Source of the DNA: Sphaerodactylus townsendi
Lineage: Eukaryota
Length of the DNA stretch: 64,000 nucleotides
NCBI RefSeq assembly: GCF_021028975.2
Contig: NC_059427.1
Location: 99,696,001-99,760,000 of the forward strand
Direction of reading: 5' to 3'
The translations under genes and the position numbers were made by a program. The notes beneath the pieces are model-generated. The model worked only from the letters and a program-made list of their open reading frames with translations, was not told where the DNA came from and ran no database searches. Below are positions 13,659-27,911 of the stretch, one piece after another; the first letter of the stretch is position 1; every line of letters starts with the position of its first letter.

Positions 13659-13802
13659 TATTGTCGAAGGCTTTCACTGCCGGAATCACTTGGGTGCTGT
13701 GTGGTTTCCGGGCTGTATGGCCGTGTTCTAGCAGCATTCTCTCCTGACGTTTCGCCTGCATCTGTGGCTGGCATCATCCTCTGAAGATGCCAGCCACAGA
13801 TG
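13659..13802 (-). mobile_element. Penelope-like element fragment with inversion and hammerhead-ribozyme remnants
   Basis: Minus strand ...gatgccagccacagatgcaggcGAAAcgtcagg...; plus strand cctCTGAAGAtgccagcc; 17-bp perfect inverted repeat 13759-13775/13786-13802. Confidence 0.7.
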
Positions 13803-16399
13803 GTCTAGATCTAGCAGAAAGCATCCCCCTACTAAGTACCTGACTGCTCCAAACTCTAGCTGAAGCTGAAATGTTATTGAAAGAAATGTCAGACATTGTA
13901 ATTAACTGTCCTCAGGTGAGAGCCTATTATGAATTTCCTATAATACTGGTGTGGTTCTGTGGGAGGGGAGACAACTATTTTTAATTTCCTGTGGCAGGAA
14001 ATACATTCCTTGAAACAATTGTGTCTGTTAGCTTGGGACAGGACCAAAACATTACGTCTTTGATTATCATAACATCCTGCATAATGCAATAGGTGAAATC
14101 ATAACATCTGTTGAAATCTATTAGGTCATCAAGACACTGAAGAGTGAAGTAAACTCATTTTTAGATTATCTATTTTTAACGCTGTAAATATCCAGCAGTT
14201 GCTCAATGGCTGAATTGGAAGAAGTAAAAAGTACATCTGTTTGGGGATGTTGCAATCATTACTACCATGAAAGCCCAATATATTATTTCGGTCTTCTCCA
14301 AGGTTTGGAAGTTCTGTCTGTTGTTAAAGGGACAGTTTGCTTGAGAAGACAGAAAACATTTGAGGCTTCAGTATCTTTACAATAATCTGTGTATTAAAAA
14401 GGATTAGGTAGAACAAGTATTTGGAGGCACAAAAGAAAGCACACACAAACAAGCAAGTATGATGATATTAATCCCACTTCTAACTCTACCCTCATTCTTC
14501 AGACATTTTGTCAGAGAGGTTGCAGAGTGGTTCCAAGTAGAGTGTTGTCATCCCCATCCTTAATGATAGAGAAGACAAACCAGTTCTACAAAAAGGCAAC
14601 TTCATTTCTCATCAGTGGTCATTATCCAGCAAGGTGAAAGAAAATGCACTTCAGCAAGGTGAAAGAAAATGCAAATATTGCTCCAGTTGACAGTGTCCAT
14701 TGCAGATTTAAGTTCTTTCTAGAATGTGACCACCGAAACCTACTAGAATGTCTATGACATCCCTAATGACTGTCAGTACCAATTTTGAAATTGAGCTCAT
14801 GAGCACGTCCCAGGGGTACCGTGATAATGCTATCGCCCCCCCCCCAGTTTGCAGAATTCCCCCCCCCCTGTACCAATCAAGCTGCCAATGGCAATAGCAA
14901 CCATGGCCTCCGGCCCTCCCTGGCCTCCCTGTCAGCCTATCGACCTGAAAATCTCCATGTGCGCATTGTGGGGGTCACAAGGCTGGGCAAGGGTGCTTGT
15001 GGGCTGGCAAACTGGGCCCTATGAGCCGCTGACCTGCCAGAGCCTGTGCTGGCCTACTGACTTGGCCCCTTCCGGCCTGACCAGTGGTAGACCTGGGCCC
15101 CTTCCAACCTGTCTAGTGGTAGATCTGGCCTCCTTCCATCCTGCCCAGCAGTAGACCTGGGCCTCTTCCAACTTGACTAGCAGGACATCTGGGCGCTCCT
15201 CCATGAGATCAGCAGATGGCTCGATCTCTCTCCCCTCCATATCTAGGGAAAATGGAGCTGGTGGGGGGGTGCCCCCCGAAAAATTCAGATTTTGCCCCAG
15301 GGTCCATTTTTCCTAGATATGCCTCTACCCGCTGGTGTCTGCAAGAACGTGGAGCTGGTCTAAAGGCCAGGGCCTGCCACAAGGTCAGCAGCCACTTCCT
15401 CCACTGCCCTCAATGCTTCCCTTCACCCTGGGAGGGGAAGGTGGGGAAAGTGGCAACCAGGGGCACTGGGAAGGGAAGGTGGGGGTGGCAGGGGCATACC
15501 ACACATAGGGATCATGAGATATGAAGGATGAGGTCAAGGGTACCATGATGTTGAAAAGGTAGGGAAACACTGGTACGAGGTTTACCAGATCTAACAATCA
15601 GCAATGATATGTTGTACAATGCACGCAAACAATCACTGGATTGTTCTGAAGTGCTGGCAAAAATATTTCCAATGGTTTTCTGCTTCTGGAAGTTTTCTTG
15701 GAGTGACGGAAAATATGCTAGGTTTTGTTTTCAGCTTTATCAGAGTGTACTTTCTTCAAACATTCCTGAAGCCTGGAAGGTTTGTGGTTGCTATTGATTA
15801 TTTGGTGCTGATACTTCAGATAATCCACACTATATTGCCTGCACTTCTTGGTTTGTTGTGCAGCTGCCATATTTTATTCAGGAACAAAACATATAAGTTC
15901 CTTTTAAAAGTCATTTGTGAAAGCCACTTAGGATCCAAGGAAAGAAGGATTCAAAGCTTGCTGGGATTTTGAAAAAGCATCAAATTGATGAGTCATATCA
16001 AATAAACTTCAGTTGCTCCTTCCAGACATTTCCCTCGCTGTGTTAAAAGAAACCCTCCATTCCCTAGTGAACAATAAAAATAGCATCTACGCAATGTGGT
16101 GGATCCTATCCCTATTCTTCTACTCCACTGAGCAAAGTTTGATGCCTTCCTCCAGCCAACTTGAGTGGCTCTCCCCAATAAAACAGTTACAATTTTGAGG
16201 ATGATTGCTCAGGATGGAGGTATGCTCCTTGAAGGATTGTTGGATCCACCCTACTGTGTACAAGGGGAACACATCTCTTACACGTGACTTGGACCAATGA
16301 CAAAACACTGAACCATCATGGAACATTGAACAGACCTAAGTATGACACAGCTAATCTTCCAGGCTACTCAGACATTTCTTCTTACTTGAGGTGTGTGAA

Positions 16400-16598
16400 T
16401 GTATAAAGGGCCATCAAGTCACAGACCACTTATGATGACCCTTCATGGTGTTTTCAAAGCAAGAGACAGAATGAGATGGTTTGCCATTTCTTGACTCTGT
16501 GTAGCAATCCTGGACTTTAATAGTCTCCCATCCAAGACCTAATTAGGGCAGACCCTGTTTAGTTTTCAAGATCTGATAAGATTCTAGCCCTGGGCCAT
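16400..16598 (-). mobile_element. 5S rRNA-derived SINE (decayed)
   Basis: Plus strand gtctcccatccaag...gaccctgtttagttttcaagatctg is the reverse complement of the 5S box C/box A region. Confidence 0.7.
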
Positions 16599-16617
16599 GT
16601 TCATCATTTTATTTCTA

Positions 16618-17574
16618 CCATATATACTCGCATATAAGTCGAATTTTTCAGCACATTTTTTTGGGCTGAAAAAGCCCCCCTCGACTTATATGCCAGTGAG
16701 GTGTATTTTAAAAACTATTTTTGGGTTTTATTTTGTAGGCCACCAGGGGGTGCTGTTTTTAGGATAGCAACACCACAATTTCAGGGATTTTTCCTGATGA
16801 TACCACCCAAGTTTGGTAAAATTTGGTTCAGGGGGTCCAAAGTTGGGGGTGCCCCATCCCCCATTGTTTCCAATGGGAGCTAATAGTAGATGGGGCTACA
16901 TTTTGAGGGTCCATAACTTTGGACCCCTTGAACCAAACTTCACTAAACCTGGGTGGTATCATCAGGATAATCTCTTGCTGATACCAGCCAGGTTTGGTGG
17001 TGTGTGGTTTGGGGGGTCCAAAGTTATGGATCCCCAAAGTGGGTTCTCCTATCCCCCATTGTTTCCAATGGGAGTAGATAGGGCTACATTTTGAGGGTCC
17101 ATATCTTTGGACCCCCTGAACCAAACTTCACCAAACCTGGGTGGTATCGTCAGGAGGGTCTCCTAAAGATATTCTGAAATGTTGGTACTGCTAACATAAA
17201 CATTCCTCCCCTGACTAAAAATCCAGTTTTGAAGGATTTTAACTCTTGTATTATAGCTTGGGTGCTGATTCAGCTAAGGTTTTTGTACTTTTAAAGTTAT
17301 TGTTGAGACCATATTGTTTTTGTTGACCCTCTTTTCCACTTACAGAGCTAGTTTACTGTTTTTCTTTGAAATAAATATTCAAAAACATTTAACTTACTGA
17401 TGCCTCAATTAATGTAATTTTATTGGTATCTATTTTTATTTTTGAAATTTACCAGTAGCTGCTGCATTTCCCACCCTCGACTTACATGCAAGTCAATAAG
17501 TTTTCCCATTTTTTTGTGGTAAAATTATGTGCCTCGACTTAAATGCGGGTCGACTTATACACGAGTGTATACGG
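16618..17574. mobile_element. Non-autonomous Tc/mariner (Tc2/pogo-like) element with internal ~188-bp tandem units
   Basis: TIR cc(a/g)tata(t/c)actcg..tataagtcga; TA on both flanks; internal repeat at 16893 and 17081. Confidence 0.8.
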
Positions 17575-20500
17575 TAGTCCACAACCCTTGCATCTCATGA
17601 ACTCTTTCCTTGTTGGATAACAATGAAGAAGTGGCTCCATGAATTGACAGTATATTTTTTTGTCCACCACTGCCAGCTGTCTACAGTGGGAGGAGGCTCT
17701 CCACGGTCCATCCATGCTGGCTCAGAGTCACAGCACTGGTGTTCTGCCTCCCTTGGGGCAGAACAATACCTTTGTGGCTCTGAAATAGTCTCAACAGGCT
17801 GCAGAGAGCCTTCTCCCCCACTCCACCCTGGAGGGTGGGGGAGAAGAAGGCCCTTTACAGTTCATTCAAACTGGATCAGGGCTGCAGTACTGGTGTTCTG
17901 CCAGGGGCATATATGTAGAAAATAGTGCCCAGGGCAAGCAGTAAAATTATCTTTTAGTATTCAAGAAGCAAGTGGGGCTAGATAGGGTTTTTCCCCAGCA
18001 AGGTTTCTGATTGACTTTACCTCACAGAATCATCATGGGCTGGAAATACCCATGGTGCATGCTACTGGTCACCTGGTGAAAAGGCAACCAAAGAAGAAAG
18101 TTAGGGAATAATGAGTAATAATAATCAACTGCCTCTCACTAACTAGGTTAATGTGTGTCCAGGTGATTAAAGACAGAAATTTCTAGATATTACAAATGAC
18201 TGTGTGTTGAAGTACCGGGAGTCAAATTCCCTTCTGTCACTTAAAAATAATTTTGAACAGCAATAACAGAAGCTCAGATTAAATGTATTCCTTAGATATC
18301 AGCAAATGTAAGAAAATGCAGAAATGGTTCATGAGCAAATTGAAGCCACAGAAAACAAAATTCCAAGAATCTTACCCATCTGAGGTCTCACCACAAAATG
18401 CATTTCCCCTTTTGCAAATGATGAAAGCAGCATTACCTTCTGCTGCTGCTGTAACCTCAGCTTGTGTGTTCTGTGGGGCAGAACTTGGAAGGAGTTTGCC
18501 ACAACTAAATTTTAAACAAAATTGTTTACTTTTCCTTAACATATAACACTTATCAAACATTTAACATATCACTTCAAGGTCCTGTTTAAGTTTCATTTCA
18601 AGTCCTTCTAATTATAGTCTGATAATGCCAAGTTGATTTCTTCCTGCAAGTGAGTGGCTCATGAAGACTCCAGAGGCTTGGTGTACTGGATTCTAGATGA
18701 TGAAGGTTCCCAAAAGAACTCTCACCAATTACATGCACAAAAAGCCTTGAAACAATAAAGTCTAACATTTACAACATAGCAAACATAAACAACTCCCTTC
18801 CCACTAGTTCCCAACATTGCAGTTACCTCAAACAAGTTGTTAAGAGCTTGTAATAATCTAGCACAGTCCCAGCCTGGTAGCCTTGCTTCCTCTAACCTCA
18901 TGAGTTCTGCATCCTTCTGCGTCTTTCATATTCCACCCCTTTCTGGGTCATCCCATTCTTAACATAAGGGTACATATTCTCCCCCACTAAAATTCTGTTG
19001 TCTCGACAGTATTTACAATTGAACTCCTCCTCAGCCACAGACTCACACCACACAAAAGTTCATTTTGCCCTATGGATGCTTTTCAGGCAGCCAGGATGTT
19101 TCATGTTTATGTGCCTTACTATGTCCCCTGAAAACCCTTTGGAGGTTGTGTGGCAGTGGCTCCATTCCTGGCTGAAGTGACTTCTGGATTAGGTGGTAAG
19201 TTTTATGGAGTGGAGTTTCTCCATTTTGTTTGTTTGTTAGAATGGTAGACAGCATGACTCCTCTTATCCTGAAGTCAGTTGCTCCCATCCCTGTTATCTT
19301 CTTGCTAAAAAAAAAGAGATGTTGTTTTGAACACACATGCTTCTGCTCTGTCAGCATAAGAGCAGAAGTGCAACGGAGTACCCTGTTCCTGATTTTCAAG
19401 CAAAGGAGAACATCACAGTGCTCCCCTTCAAAACCGGAGGGATTTATCCCCTTCAAAAAAGGCAAAAAAAAAAAGCTCGATAGATTAAATCATACAGGAA
19501 ATCATGCGTAGAAATCAATAACATGAGAAGATGCCCTTGTCGTTTCTTCAGTCTTGTGAGATTTTCAAATTTCACAAGCTAAATTTAAAAAATGCAGTAG
19601 CTGTGTAACTGAAAAACTTCATGATCGCTTTTGGTACTTAGTGTGATGTCCAAGCTGAAATGATTGCAAAGGGTTTTATCTGCAAATTAGTTCACAGCAG
19701 GCTTTTGAGGAATCTTCCAATGTTTCTTCTGAACCTGAGTGTAAATATCCCTAACCACTTATAGCGGCTTTGCTGCGTGGCACTAAGCAGAATAATATTC
19801 TTTCTCTGCTGTCTTTACTGCCCCTGAATGGGGTCTAAAATTGTTGGGTTAATGGCGTGTGTGTGTGTCTGATTTACAAGTTCTCATCTTTGACATTTTA
19901 TTGTCCCAAATTCTTCACAAAACCAAGGAAACAATGCGGTTCTAATTAGTGAGAAAAGGTACCCAGATGACACTAGCCCAACAGCCTTGGTAATTTTCCC
20001 TTCTCGGAGGCCAACCATGACTTTTCAGTCATCCCAGCAAGAAAATATACCACAATAGTCAGAGGTCCATCTGTCTCCAGTGGCAAATAGTCTTAATGAA
20101 TCCTTCATTTCTGTGCAGTTTTAGAATACCTGTCTATCTAAACGTGAAGAAGCAGGTGCCAGTGAGACAGCAGAACTGATTGTATAGCAACAGAATGCCT
20201 ACCCTGTTTGGAGATTCTATCATACTCAAAATTAAGAAACAGGATAAATGGCATATAAAAAAGGAATTCCTATAAGACTATTTTGACTTGCCATGCTCCA
20301 CTGAATCGAAGTGGATGTTGCACCAAGAATCAGGGGCCATTGCTGAAATAGATTGACAGCTCTCACTATGCCCATGCTACCAAAGTTTTAGCAGTTTATG
20401 CTAGAAGATATCACTTACCTGGCATTAAATCCAAGGCACCCTTGGATATGTAATGATATCACAAAGGTCAAGTGAAATTTATTTATAATGAAAATAATTT

Positions 20501-23329
20501 CCTACATGGCATTGCCCTCACTCTGAATTTGCAAACTGCTCTTTTCTGTGCCCACTGAAAATAATTGTCCCAAAGAGAAGTGCTTCCACAATGGGTGAAA
20601 ACAGCTTCCTGTATAAAGTCTCAGGATTGGGATCTAAAGGCACTTTGGATATTATGAAAAGTGGCCCAAAAGACAACTCCCTTTGTGAATATCTAGAAAG
20701 AAATCAAGTGCATTATTGTGACCTATGTAAGGGCTATTGAAAACGATTGTAAATGCACAGCTGTACTAAAACTATAGGTTTTCAGCTTTGCATTGCAACT
20801 CACAGTCCACTGGAGGGAGATACAGACTAAGGAAGAAAAGGAAAGAAACTGGGCTCTAAAAATTCCAAAGATGAAATGAAAGTAATGATCTTACTTGTTT
20901 GCCTCCCCTTCCCATTATATCTGAGCTGTACAGCTAGCATTACTGATTTCATAATGAGCAGTTAAACAAATACATAGAACAATGGATGCCAATTAGTTCT
21001 GTGCTAAGGAGGGAACCTGAATGATATTTCTATATAATCATTCACTGATGCACTGAAGATCTTTGAAAGTTCAATATAAGCCAGATATTTGATCCTTGAT
21101 AACTTTGCAAAAACACAACAGAAGAATAGTCAAACTATATGCAACTGTTTCAAGTATATGCCTTTCCATGCATTTGTATGCCAATTTGTTAGTTTCATAC
21201 CTGCTGATGAGAAATAACATTGAGGCAAAACTCCATCTAGAAAATAACTTTTTAAAAGCTAGTGACAATCTAGCTTGTCTTTCCTTCCCCAAATCACCTC
21301 AGAAACTTGGGAAAGAACCCATAATAAAATGTATCAACTCAACTTACCACACTTCACAAAACATGCATGAACAGTAAATCATATGCAATGGAAAAAAAAT
21401 CCTCACAATTTAAGGAATTATTCAAAGGCCTGGTTTAGCAATTGGTATTGCAGAATGCAAACTCCTACTTCCTTCATCCTGCCACTTTTCAATTGCATGC
21501 ACCCACACACATACCCCAATCATAACATCCATAACTCAGCATACAAATATCAGCGGATAAGATAGGACTGAAGTTCACAGGTGTTAATAATTCAAGTGGA
21601 ACATCTGAAGTTTTCTACTGCCGTGAAAAACACTTTTTTTTTTCTTGGCTTACCTTATGGGTCCTTAACTGATATAGGCAACATGACTCATACATTTCAT
21701 CATACAACAGGGCTGGGTCAATTTTGTCTGGCAGTTCAGGAATGAATTGTGTGGTTCATTATTTCAATGAGGCCCAACCAGTGGTAATAGGAAAAAACAA
21801 TAACCCTAAATTATCAGTATCTTTGTCCTGCTGATGGTAGTGTGAGGTTAAGAGATAGTGGCATCATGGTTTATTTAAGCTACTGTGTGCTGGGCAGAAA
21901 TACTGTGAAATTCTTGCTGCATAGCTTAATTTTGCAGCTACTGCACCAGTTCTACCACATAATTTAGACTAATCCAAAGCAGCCTTTCCTCGCCTTTTGT
22001 AAAACTGCACAAAAGAGAACTCAATTTTGGCAAGCATTAGTACAGCTACTTTAGCAAGGTCCTACCCATGTCATGGGAGTATGTGTACTACATATTGTAA
22101 ACTGGCCAGTTACTCATGTCAATAGCTCGTCTTGTCCTTTCTTCCTCACACAGACATATGCAATATTTGATCTCATACACAACACACTAACATGCACTTT
22201 ATCTTAACTGCATTTGAAACTACCTAATAAAATTTTATTTTGCCTGGTGAGAGAACAGCTCAGCTATAGCTATGTGCACTATTATGCAAGCACCAGGTAT
22301 TAACATATTGATCATACTGATCATTGGCTCACAATTAAAAAGGAACAGTATTTTGAGTGGTGTCTTGTCTAAGTGCTGCATTTTCTCCTTGCCCGTATAG
22401 ATGGAAGGTCTAGTGTTGCTCTCTCACTCCAAGTAAATACTTTTCACTATAGTGGACCTTCTGTTGGAAGCCATGTTAACCAAAAGATAGATTTAGCTCT
22501 TTTGAAGGAGCTGTATTGTGTAGGGGGAAAACTGTGGTTGGAGGGAGAGTACTTCATTTATCAGTGTCAAAAAAGTTGATGATTGGTTGAAACCATCCCC
22601 AGTTATTAGTTATAAGTTGCAATTCTTGAAATAGTGATGTATCAGTAAACTATAATGGTTAAAATATAATGGAAAGCTGGATGAAGAAGATAGATAGGCA
22701 AAAGAAAAGGAGACACTTTTGGAAGTGTGGCAGACATTTCAATTGGTACTCCGCCAAGATTCAGAAGCACAACAGACATAAAATCTAAAAGAAAGTAGTT
22801 TTCAAAAAAGAGGTTAATCCTACATTGAAAATCACATTTTTAAAAGATGGCTAAAATAGGGGGAGAACGTCAGAGACGTAGCTAGGAAAAATGGAACCCG
22901 GAGCAAAATCTGAGTCCCCTCCCCCGTATGGGCAGCCCACCATGACCAAAGGCCACCCTCCCCCACAACAACCAAAGAACAATTTTTTTGCACCAGATCA
23001 TCTCAAAGTATGCAGTAAGTCCAAGTTGGTTGCTCTTGGAAAAGAAAGTCCAACAGCTAGAGGTGCAAGTATCTACTGTTCATCCTGTTGAGAAAAATGA
23101 GGTTTCCTGGACTCAATGGAGCAGATGGTACTGGGTGGGGAACACACCAGGGCTCTCTCTGAGTTAGGTGGCAGCTCTCAAACACAGGAGGTGGGCAATT
23201 AAACGAATGTGACTCATAGAAATAGAGGGACCAGGGAGCATTCTGTGAGTTTGAAGCTACAGAATACAGTTGAATTTCTTCCCCTTGTTAGTGAAGATAA
23301 GGGACAGGCACAGGAGCAACAGAGTCAGC

Positions 23330-23385
23330 AGGGGGTTGGACTGGATGGCTCTTGTGGTCTTTTCCAACTCTATCATTCTATGAAA
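23330..23385 (+). mobile_element. CR1 3' tail fragment
   Basis: gggggttggactggatgg...ttccaactctatcattctatga. Confidence 0.65.
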
Positions 23386-24295
23386 CTCTTTTCCTAGTTC
23401 TTCATCTTTCAATACCATAGAAATATCTTTGTCATCTTGACTAGAGGTGTGTCCTGAAGAACATATGCTCTTCCTAACTATTGTTATGGATTTGCACAAA
23501 TTTGAAGTGAAATAACAAATCACTCCTTCTCTTGAGAAGATGAATGTGACCATTCATTAGGAGTAGGGAGAAAGTTGCTCTACATGAACATCATTTTGTC
23601 AGGATAAGGATCCATCCATAGGAGGCATGAAGATTTATTCAAAATTTATTGCTGGATTTCCTTGCTACTGTATTCAAGGATTCTAATGTCCCACCTTTAC
23701 TGGAGAGATGAAAAATAAAGCAAAGAGAGATGGTGCAAAATAAAGTAATATATATTTTATTATATTTTATTATCAGTGTTCTTGCACTCCTTTTGGAAAA
23801 TTGCAAGACTAACTTCCTCTGAAGAAGCCTCTTCACAACACACATAGGGAATTTAGGGAATTTTAACTGAGTAATAATATATAGTTTTACCTTATTTTGC
23901 ACCGTTGGCCTTGACCTTATTTTTTTTTATCTGAGTTGACTGGTGTGGCCCTTTTATTGTCACCTTTACCTAAGCCAAGGACCAGAAATAAAGGTAAAGG
24001 TGGTGCAAGCACCGGATTTTTGGCCCATGTAACGATGTCACATCACAACATTTACTAGGCAGACTATGATTTGCCATTGCCTTCTCCAGTAATGTACACT
24101 TTACCCCCAGCAACCTGGGTACAGATTTTCTTGAAGGAAGGCTTTCTTGAACAGGCTACCTGAACTTGATTCCCATTGAGATTGATCTCAGGTTGTGAGC
24201 AGAGCTTTTGGATGCAGTACTGCAGCTTACCACTCTGCACCACAGGGCTCCTTTGACCAGAAATAGATCCACACACAATTCCATAAGATATGGAG

Positions 24296-24570
24296 GAAGA
24301 CTGCTTGGTGTAGTGGTTAAGAGTAGAGAACCAGTTTGATTTCCCACTCTTCCACACGAGTGGCAGACTCTTATCTGGTGAACTGGATTTGTTTCACCGC
24401 TCCTACACATGAAGACTACTTGGTAACCTTGGGCTATTCACAATTCTCTCAGAACTCAGTGCCACATTCCCAACAAGACGTTTGTTGTGGGGAGAGGAAG
24501 GGAAGGAGTTTGTAAGCCACTTTGAGACTCATTACAAGAGAGAAAGATGGGGTATAATTCCAAATGCTCC
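24296..24570 (+). mobile_element. tRNA-derived squamate SINE (Squam3-like)
   Basis: Head ttggtgtagtggttaagag (box A); body and tail ...gggaaggagtttgtaagccactttgag...ggggtataattccaaa; opposite-strand copy at 50240-50480. Confidence 0.7.
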
Positions 24571-26956
24571 TTCTGTTTCTGCAGCTACTGAGATACCAAG
24601 GTTTGCATGCTTAAGTGCATATAGGCCTTTTCAGGAAAATAATGACTTCCCCACAATGGTTCAGGTAAGTGCTTTGGCTGATGATCAATTACAACAGCAT
24701 GCAGTAATACTTCTCCCATTCATCCTTTTCTAGTACTGATTCAATTTACTTCTTTTTTTGTAGAATGAGGTAATTACATGCCAGACTACCTAGCTTTGTA
24801 GGCATTCCAATGCCCTGAGTCATTCGCAAGAGTTACCTGGTAGAATGGAACAGCCTTATTTTGGCAAGATGTTCAAAGTTCAGTTAACTGTACCTTCACC
24901 AACTTACTAAACCCAAGTAACAATTGCCTATTTGCTGATAAATGTATTCCTGTATGGGTGTTCTTCATCACAAAAGTCTCTAAATCCTCCTCGTTTGTCA
25001 TCAACAAATCTGTTGAGAAGTGTCTAGGTGTTTATTGTCCTGCATTTCCTTTCTCAGCTTAGGCAGTCAGATGTGTATTCCAGATTATATATTCTTTGCA
25101 AAAATTATCTCACTTTGTTTTACCTTTCAATCAAGTTTCAAAGGTGTATTCGCCTGCTCTTTTTGATTAACTAACCTCTGCTTTCTTGCCAAAATACCAT
25201 AGCAAATTCTGATCAGATCGTGTTCATTTTTCTTGGGCTTCCAGTAAGATTTAGTAGTTCGCTTTCAGCTGAAGTTTGCTGAGCTTGGAGTGTAACCCCT
25301 GTTTCTTTATTTATGAGACATCATGCAGCTGTCTCCATCTTAGGCAATTACCTGAAAAAAGAAACTCATAAAGCAAGTGTTCTGACCAACTCCTGTACTT
25401 TAAGAGTCTTGAATTTTTCCCACTTTGATGCCTTTCCCCATAGTGCTTTTTGTTTTGCTTTGATCTTTTTATGCCATGTGAGTTTTAGTACAAACAAACA
25501 AATAACAAGACCCTTAATGGCATCAATACACAAAATAAAACATATTCAGAAAAATCAAAGCAAATTCTGAAGATAGTAAAATTACTCACTAAAAGCCTTA
25601 AAATTACTCACTAAAAGCCATCCCCAAATCTCCAGGAGTTTCCTAACTGGGATCTGGCAACCGCAGCTCCTCATCCTCTGCCAGTATACAGTGGGGACTT
25701 GACAGTTCCATTCATACCGCTTGGGTCTTGTTATTCACATTAAATCCAGATGCTGCTGCAATGTTTTTGTTGGCTTTATAGGATAGTTGATTAGGTTTCT
25801 TGGAAAACCTTAACATCCACCTTTGTAGTAGCTCTTTTTAGACTTTTCGCTCTCAAGTTTTATGCTGAGAAAGACTGAGTTGAATGGCAGGAATTTAGAC
25901 ATAACTCTGCATAGCTCATCTTTTCCATGACCATGTAACCTTGTTCGTTAACTTTTGTGCCAGCTCTACCTAATGAACATCAGAAAGGCCTAGGTTTCCA
26001 AGCACTGTCAATGGTTTCTTCCCATGGCCCCATGGACATACATAAAAATATGCAAGCATATCACCTTATGTACATATTATATTTTTATTATTAAAACCAA
26101 AATCTTTGAAAATGTTCAACAAAATATTATACAAATTGCTGTTTGATCATAATATTTGTGAATGTGAAGCTATGCATTGCTGCTCCAATAGAATGGCTTT
26201 ATTTATCATGAAGATTTTTTTCTAATGTCTTTAAAAGCTATTGTGGTTGTTGCATGAGGAAGGGAAAAAGCTGTAACAACACTTTAATCTTATGAATTGC
26301 GTTTTGTATGCCAGCACAGTTGAGTTGTTCTGCAGTAGCATGATACTGTTTCAGGGATGCAAAAAAATCTGTCATTCTAACTCAGTGTTGCAATATATCT
26401 CCAATGAGACCATCACAATTAGCATTATTCATGGTTACTCATGGCATTGCAAAGAGTAACAGGAAAACTAACATCAACAGTAGCAGACACGGTACATTAT
26501 TTTTTGCATCATCATTATTGGCAATTCTATTTTTAACCAGATCTTGCCTTAAATGCATATAAACAACATTTGGAAAAAGGTAACCAACATTTGGAAAAAG
26601 GTTCTTTTGACACACTTGTAATAACTTATAACTAATGAAGTTAGACAAATTTCAGACACTTGTAAAACAGTTACATCTATGAGCAGATTTGTACAATGGA
26701 GAACACAGACACTTTAAAACTTGGAAACCCAGTCCAACAACTACCTTTCACAAAATGCAGATAAAATTTAGGATGATACTAATCCAGTTGATCACAGTTT
26801 TTCTTTATTATCATGATTTTTAAAAATATTGCAATTATGAATTATGATCAGGCTTCTGAGCTCCACAGTTTGGCAGAGAACTGATACTGGGCATAATTCA
26901 GTCAAAATTAAGGACTTATAGAACCCACTGACTTCTAAAGGATATTTTAAACCTAA

Positions 26957-27086
26957 GGCTCATTCTGCACACGCAAAATAATGCACTTTCAAGCTGCTTT
27001 CACAACTGTTTTTGCCATTCCGCACAGCTTCAAAGAGCCCTGAAAGCAGCTTGAAAGTGCATTATTCTGCGTGTGCGGAATGAGCC
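26957..27086. mobile_element. PIF/Harbinger-like MITE with TAA TSD
   Basis: Long TIRs ggctcattc(t/c)gcacacgca; TAA on both flanks. Confidence 0.85.
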
Positions 27087-27568
27087 TAAGTTTAATTTTC
27101 TCCTAGATAAATCAGTGGAACTGATGAGAAGTTCATCACTTTGGCTGGATTGTGCTCATTGTGACAACTGAGCTTGATTCCTGATATTAAATGACACCAC
27201 CACAAATGATGTATTTCTCTTTCTAAGTCATTGTTACCTATTGGACAGGCTGCATGCAGTATTCATTGGTTCAGTCTTGGGTGAGATCTTATTTAACAAA
27301 ACATACAAAAAAAGCTAGGCTATTAAGGTCCCTGACACCATCACAGTTTGAGTTTATAATTACAGACTGTAATAAGGGAGTACTGGCTTCAGTCTCTTTT
27401 AGAATACATCTGTTTTAAAAAAGGAAAAGATAACATTAAGTGTGATAGATCCTGCTACCATGGCTACTGATAAACTTCATTGCAGATCAGAAACTCTGGG
27501 AGCAATCCTTAGTGCATCTATTCAATGAGGCTTACTCCCAGGAAAACATTCTTAAGATTGCATTGTTT

Positions 27569-27911
27569 GGCTCAGTTCAGACACTGTCTGAAACAATGGT
27601 TACATTAACTAACAATAATTAATGGTTTGAACACAGGCCACTAACTATCATTAGGGTCCATCAAACCAGGATCTGGAGGGTCTATCAAAATAATATCTGA
27701 AGCCAGGATCCACAGTTGGTTTAACCGTGGTTAGACATCCTGGGTTAATCCTGCATTGTTTTTCATTTGTGCCCCTCCTGGCGACAAAGAGAAGGCAATG
27801 AAAGTAGCATATATCAAGTTAAAACAGGATTCTAGTTATCTGTCAGCTGAATCCTGGTTTGACACCATAGTTAAAATAAACCATGTTTTTGTATTATGTG
27901 TGAACTGAGTC
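27569..27911. mobile_element. Older TIR element (MITE)
   Basis: ggctcagttcagaca ... tgtgtgaactgagtc (13/15 inverted match). Confidence 0.55.

Noticed and set aside
14628-14673. Short local direct duplications (also 25577-25619, 26565-26602, 61984-62051)
   Set aside because: Ordinary slippage duplications of two units with no spacer structure.
20413-20424. ACTTACCTGGCA, identical to the U1 snRNA 5' end and a perfect minus-strand splice donor
   Set aside because: Only 12 nt; no further U1 similarity and no convincing exon attached.
24635-24664. 30-nt AG/GTAAGT-flanked micro-exon candidate (ENNDFPTMVQ) on the plus strand
   Set aside because: Weak pyrimidine tract, no partner exons, no recognisable protein.
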